Positions 61,081 through 64,000 of a stretch of 64,000 nt of DNA are shown piece by piece. The stretch is from Thiotrichaceae bacterium (GTDB taxonomy: Bacteria; Pseudomonadota; Gammaproteobacteria; Eutrophobiales; Eutrophobiaceae). The position numbers and the translations under genes were made by a program. Positions within the stretch are counted from its first letter, which is position 1, and each line of letters starts with the position of its first letter. The notes under the pieces are model-generated. The model was not told where the DNA came from. It saw only the letters and a program-made list of their open reading frames with translations, and ran no database searches. The stretch is taken from NCBI GenBank assembly GCA_012960105.1, contig DUBV01000045.1:1465-65464 (forward strand). Reading direction: 5' to 3'.

Positions 61081-62499
61081 ATGCTACAAAAAATATTTAA
61101 AATCTCTGTTGTTTTATTTGCTCTTATTCAGGTTAATGTTGTTCAAGCACGGTCATTGCCTGACTTCACAGAGCTTGTTAATAAAAATTCTTCAGCCGTA
61201 GTTAATATTAGCACTAGCTTAAAGAAATCTGAATCGGGTGAATTACCTCCAGGCTATAACATACCGGATATTCCTAAAGACAGTCCGTTTCATGATTTTT
61301 TCAAAAAATATTTTGATGCTATTCCTAAAGGAGATGGACCTGCACAAGAGCGTTCATCATTAGGTTCTGGCTTTATTATTTCAAAAGACGGTTATGTCAT
61401 TACTAATAATCATGTTGTTAATAACGCAGAAAAGATTATTGTCCGGTTAAATGACCGCCGTGAATTTACTGCTGAATTAATTGGTACAGATAAACGCAGT
61501 GATATTGCCGTTTTAAAAATTAAAGCAACAAATTTACCTACTTTGAAACTTGGTGATTCATCGAATTTAAAAGTTGGTGAATGGGTTTTGGCAATAGGTT
61601 CACCTTTTGGTTTTGATTATTCAGTTACTGCGGGAATCATTAGTGCGATAGGTCGTAGTTTGCCAAACGAAAATTATGTACCTTTCATACAAACAGATGC
61701 GGCAATAAATCCGGGTAATTCAGGTGGGCCTTTGTTCAATCTTGATGGCGAAGTTATTGGTGTAAACTCTCAAATATATAGTCGAACAGGTGGTTTTATG
61801 GGCTTGTCATTTGCCGTACCTGTTGATGTTGTAAAAAATGTCTATACGCAGTTAAGAGAAAATGGGCATGTTGCCAGAGGTTGGTTAGGAGTCTTGATTC
61901 AAGATGTAACTCGTGAGTTAGCAGAATCTTTTGATATGAAACATCCTCATGGTGCGTTGATTGCAAAAATATTAGATGGCGGGCCAGCAGAGAAAGCTGG
62001 GATGAAAGTCGGTGATATTGTCGTTAAATTTAATGGCAAAAAAGTCATTTTTTCTTCTGATTTACCACCTCTAGTTGGTAGTACACCAGTTAATAGTCTT
62101 GTTCCTGTAGAAATTATTCGTCGTTCAAAATATAAGACTATTCACGTCAAAATTTCTGAGTTGCCTACTGATGAAGCTGTGATCTCTAAAAAAGGGAATA
62201 AAAAAGCAGGCTCTGATACAAATTCTTTAAATGTTATTGCTAAGGACTTAACAAAAGAACAGAAAAAAGAACTCGAGATTGAGAGTCATGGTGTCTTAGT
62301 TAAAGAAGTTCATGCTGGTCCTGCACAGAAAGCGGGGATACGTCAGGGAGATGTGATTCTATTGATAAATAATATGAAAATTAAAAGTGTTTCTCATTTT
62401 AATGAATTTGTGAAAAATTTACCCAAAGGACGTTCCATACCCGTATTAATCCAGCGACAAGGCAGCCCTATCTTTCTTGCCCTTAAAATTGATGAGTGA
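61081..62499 (+). CDS. degP: Do-family periplasmic serine endoprotease (DegP/MucD)
   Basis: Catalytic TNNHV, DIAVLK, GNSGGPL; two PDZ domains. Confidence 0.9.
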   Translation: MLQKIFKISVVLFALIQVNVVQARSLPDFTELVNKNSSAVVNISTSLKKSESGELPPGYNIPDIPKDSPFHDFFKKYFDAIPKGDGPAQERSSLGSGFIISKDGYVITNNHVVNNAEKIIVRLNDRREFTAELIGTDKRSDIAVLKIKATNLPTLKLGDSSNLKVGEWVLAIGSPFGFDYSVTAGIISAIGRSLPNENYVPFIQTDAAINPGNSGGPLFNLDGEVIGVNSQIYSRTGGFMGLSFAVPVDVVKNVYTQLRENGHVARGWLGVLIQDVTRELAESFDMKHPHGALIAKILDGGPAEKAGMKVGDIVVKFNGKKVIFSSDLPPLVGSTPVNSLVPVEIIRRSKYKTIHVKISELPTDEAVISKKGNKKAGSDTNSLNVIAKDLTKEQKKELEIESHGVLVKEVHAGPAQKAGIRQGDVILLINNMKIKSVSHFNEFVKNLPKGRSIPVLIQRQGSPIFLALKIDE

Positions 62500-62752
62500 G
62501 ACTGAATTAGTTCTATCGCTATATTCCAGAGCAGAATGTCATTTATGTGAAGAGATGTTGGACGCTTTAAAACAATGGCAAAATCGTTTCGATTTCAGAG
62601 TAAACGTTATTGATATCGACCAAAATTCATCTTTAACTGAACGTTTTGCTGCTCGTATACCTTTACTAGCTCTAGGTGATATTGAAATTTGTGAGTATTT
62701 TCTAGATGAGGCTGCATTTTTAGATATTTTTGAAAGTAAAAATAGTCTTTAA
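62492..62752 (+). CDS. Glutaredoxin-like small protein (DUF836-type)
   Basis: LYSRAECHLCEEM CxxC motif. The ATG at 62492 overlaps the degP stop by 8 nt. Confidence 0.65.
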   Translation: MSETELVLSLYSRAECHLCEEMLDALKQWQNRFDFRVNVIDIDQNSSLTERFAARIPLLALGDIEICEYFLDEAAFLDIFESKNSL

Positions 62753-62840
62753 AATCTTCATATTTCGTTTAAAGCGGAGCCAAGATCATATAGAATCGCG
62801 CCTTTTTGCAGAATACATTACCTAATAAGCAATCCTATCA

Positions 62841-64000
62841 ATGAAGCATATACGTAATTTTTCAATTATTGCCCATATCGATCATGGAAAATCGACTCTG
62901 GCTGATCGGTTTATACAAATTTGTGGAGCCTTAACTGAACGAGAGATGGACGAACAAGTACTGGATTCTATGGATATTGAGCGTGAGCGTGGTATTACCA
63001 TTAAAGCTCAAAGCGTGACTTTGTATTTTGATGCCGAAGATGGCGAACAATATCAATTAAATATTATTGATACACCAGGACATGTTGATTTTAGTTATGA
63101 AGTCTCACGATCCTTAGCGGCATGTGAAGGTGCTTTACTCATTGTCGATGCCGCACAAGGTGTTGAAGCGCAAAGTGTTGCAAACTGTATCACTGCCATT
63201 AATTATGATCTGGAAGTAGTTCCTGTATTAAATAAAATTGATTTACCTTCTGCTGAGCCAGAACGTGTCATTAACGAAATTGAAGAAATCATTGGTATTG
63301 AGGCAAAAGATGCCTTACGTGTTAGTGCCAAATCTGGTATTGGCGTAGAAGATTTATTGAATGAATTGGTTAAAAAAATTCCGCCTCCGACCGGTAATGT
63401 TGATGGGCCACTCAAGGCATTGATTATTGATTCGTGGTTTGATAATTATCTTGGCGTGGTTTCTTTGGTCAGGGTTGTAGATGGTCAATTAGATGTAGGT
63501 AAAAAGATTCAAATGATGTCAACAGGTAATAGTTTTCTTGTTGGTCAAGTTGGTACTTTTACACCAAAACGGAATCCTAAAAAGGAGCTAGTTACCGGCG
63601 AAGTCGGTTACGTCGTTGCTGGTATAAAAGAAATAGATGGTGCGCCTGTCGGTGATACAATAACGCTCGTCGATGAGCCTGCAACAGAAGCATTACCTGG
63701 TTTTGAAACAATTCAGCCACGCGTTTTTTCAGGGTTGTTTCCCGTTGATTCATCAGATTATGAATCTTTTCGGGAAGCGTTGGGCAAACTACGTCTTAAT
63801 GATGCTGCATTACATTATGAACCGGAAACATCACAAGCACTTGGTTTTGGTTTTCGTTGTGGTTTTCTTGGCATGCTACATATGGAAATTATTCAAGAAC
63901 GCTTGGAGCGCGAATACAATTTAGGCTTGATTACAACTTCGCCTACAGTAATTTATGAAGTGTTAACGACTAATAATGAAGTAATTAAGATAGATAATCC
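62841..64000 (+). CDS. lepA: Elongation factor 4 (LepA), 5' part; continues beyond the window
   Basis: [38 protein letters not shown] translated the frame to the window end without a stop. It is absent from the ORF track because it has no stop in the window. Confidence 0.95.
   Translation, partial: MKHIRNFSIIAHIDHGKSTLADRFIQICGALTEREMDEQVLDSMDIERERGITIKAQSVTLYFDAEDGEQYQLNIIDTPGHVDFSYEVSRSLAACEGALLIVDAAQGVEAQSVANCITAINYDLEVVPVLNKIDLPSAEPERVINEIEEIIGIEAKDALRVSAKSGIGVEDLLNELVKKIPPPTGNVDGPLKALIIDSWFDNYLGVVSLVRVVDGQLDVGKKIQMMSTGNSFLVGQVGTFTPKRNPKKELVTGEVGYVVAGIKEIDGAPVGDTITLVDEPATEALPGFETIQPRVFSGLFPVDSSDYESFREALGKLRLNDAALHYEPETSQALGFGFRCGFLGMLHMEIIQERLEREYNLGLITTSPTVIYEVLTTNNEVIKIDN

Overview
AT-rich (about 38-40% GC by eye) chromosomal segment of a gammaproteobacterium. 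Gene calls rest on motif and family recognition in the supplied ORF translations plus my own manual translation of gaps; I ran no searches. The backbone is conserved housekeeping. It comprises ettA, a complete ccmABCDEFGHI cytochrome c maturation operon, cysK, an AraC regulator with an aldehyde dehydrogenase, a tight mdh-glcB-acs-ppa cluster, and metH. It continues with an OFA-type MFS transporter, a B12 uptake module, DAHP synthase, gluQ-dksA, cysZ, queF, smc-zipA-ligA, nadB, rpoE-rseA-rseB-degP and lepA. Two riboswitches are recognisable: a cobalamin riboswitch before btuB and an SAH riboswitch before metH. The most striking feature is gene decay. A TonB-dependent receptor carries one in-frame TAG. 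A yafJ-like amidotransferase has two nonsense codons and a frameshift. An MBL-fold hydrolase has two in-frame TGA codons. A class II ribonucleotide reductase survives only as a 5' stump. A beta-carbonic anhydrase has a nonsense codon, two frameshifts and a 3' truncation by a transposase remnant. Other oddities are a DksA with a roughly 95-residue polylysine N-terminal extension, a gluQ ORF with no ATG or GTG, and a secreted 8-Cys protein with a defensin-like cysteine pattern. There is also a pseudo-receiver membrane protein next to pilW and a short covarying palindrome at three intergenic sites. I found no rRNA, tRNA, CRISPR array, intact mobile element or recognisable defence system. I cannot point to one clearly novel multi-gene system; the B12 module and the decay pattern are the best leads.
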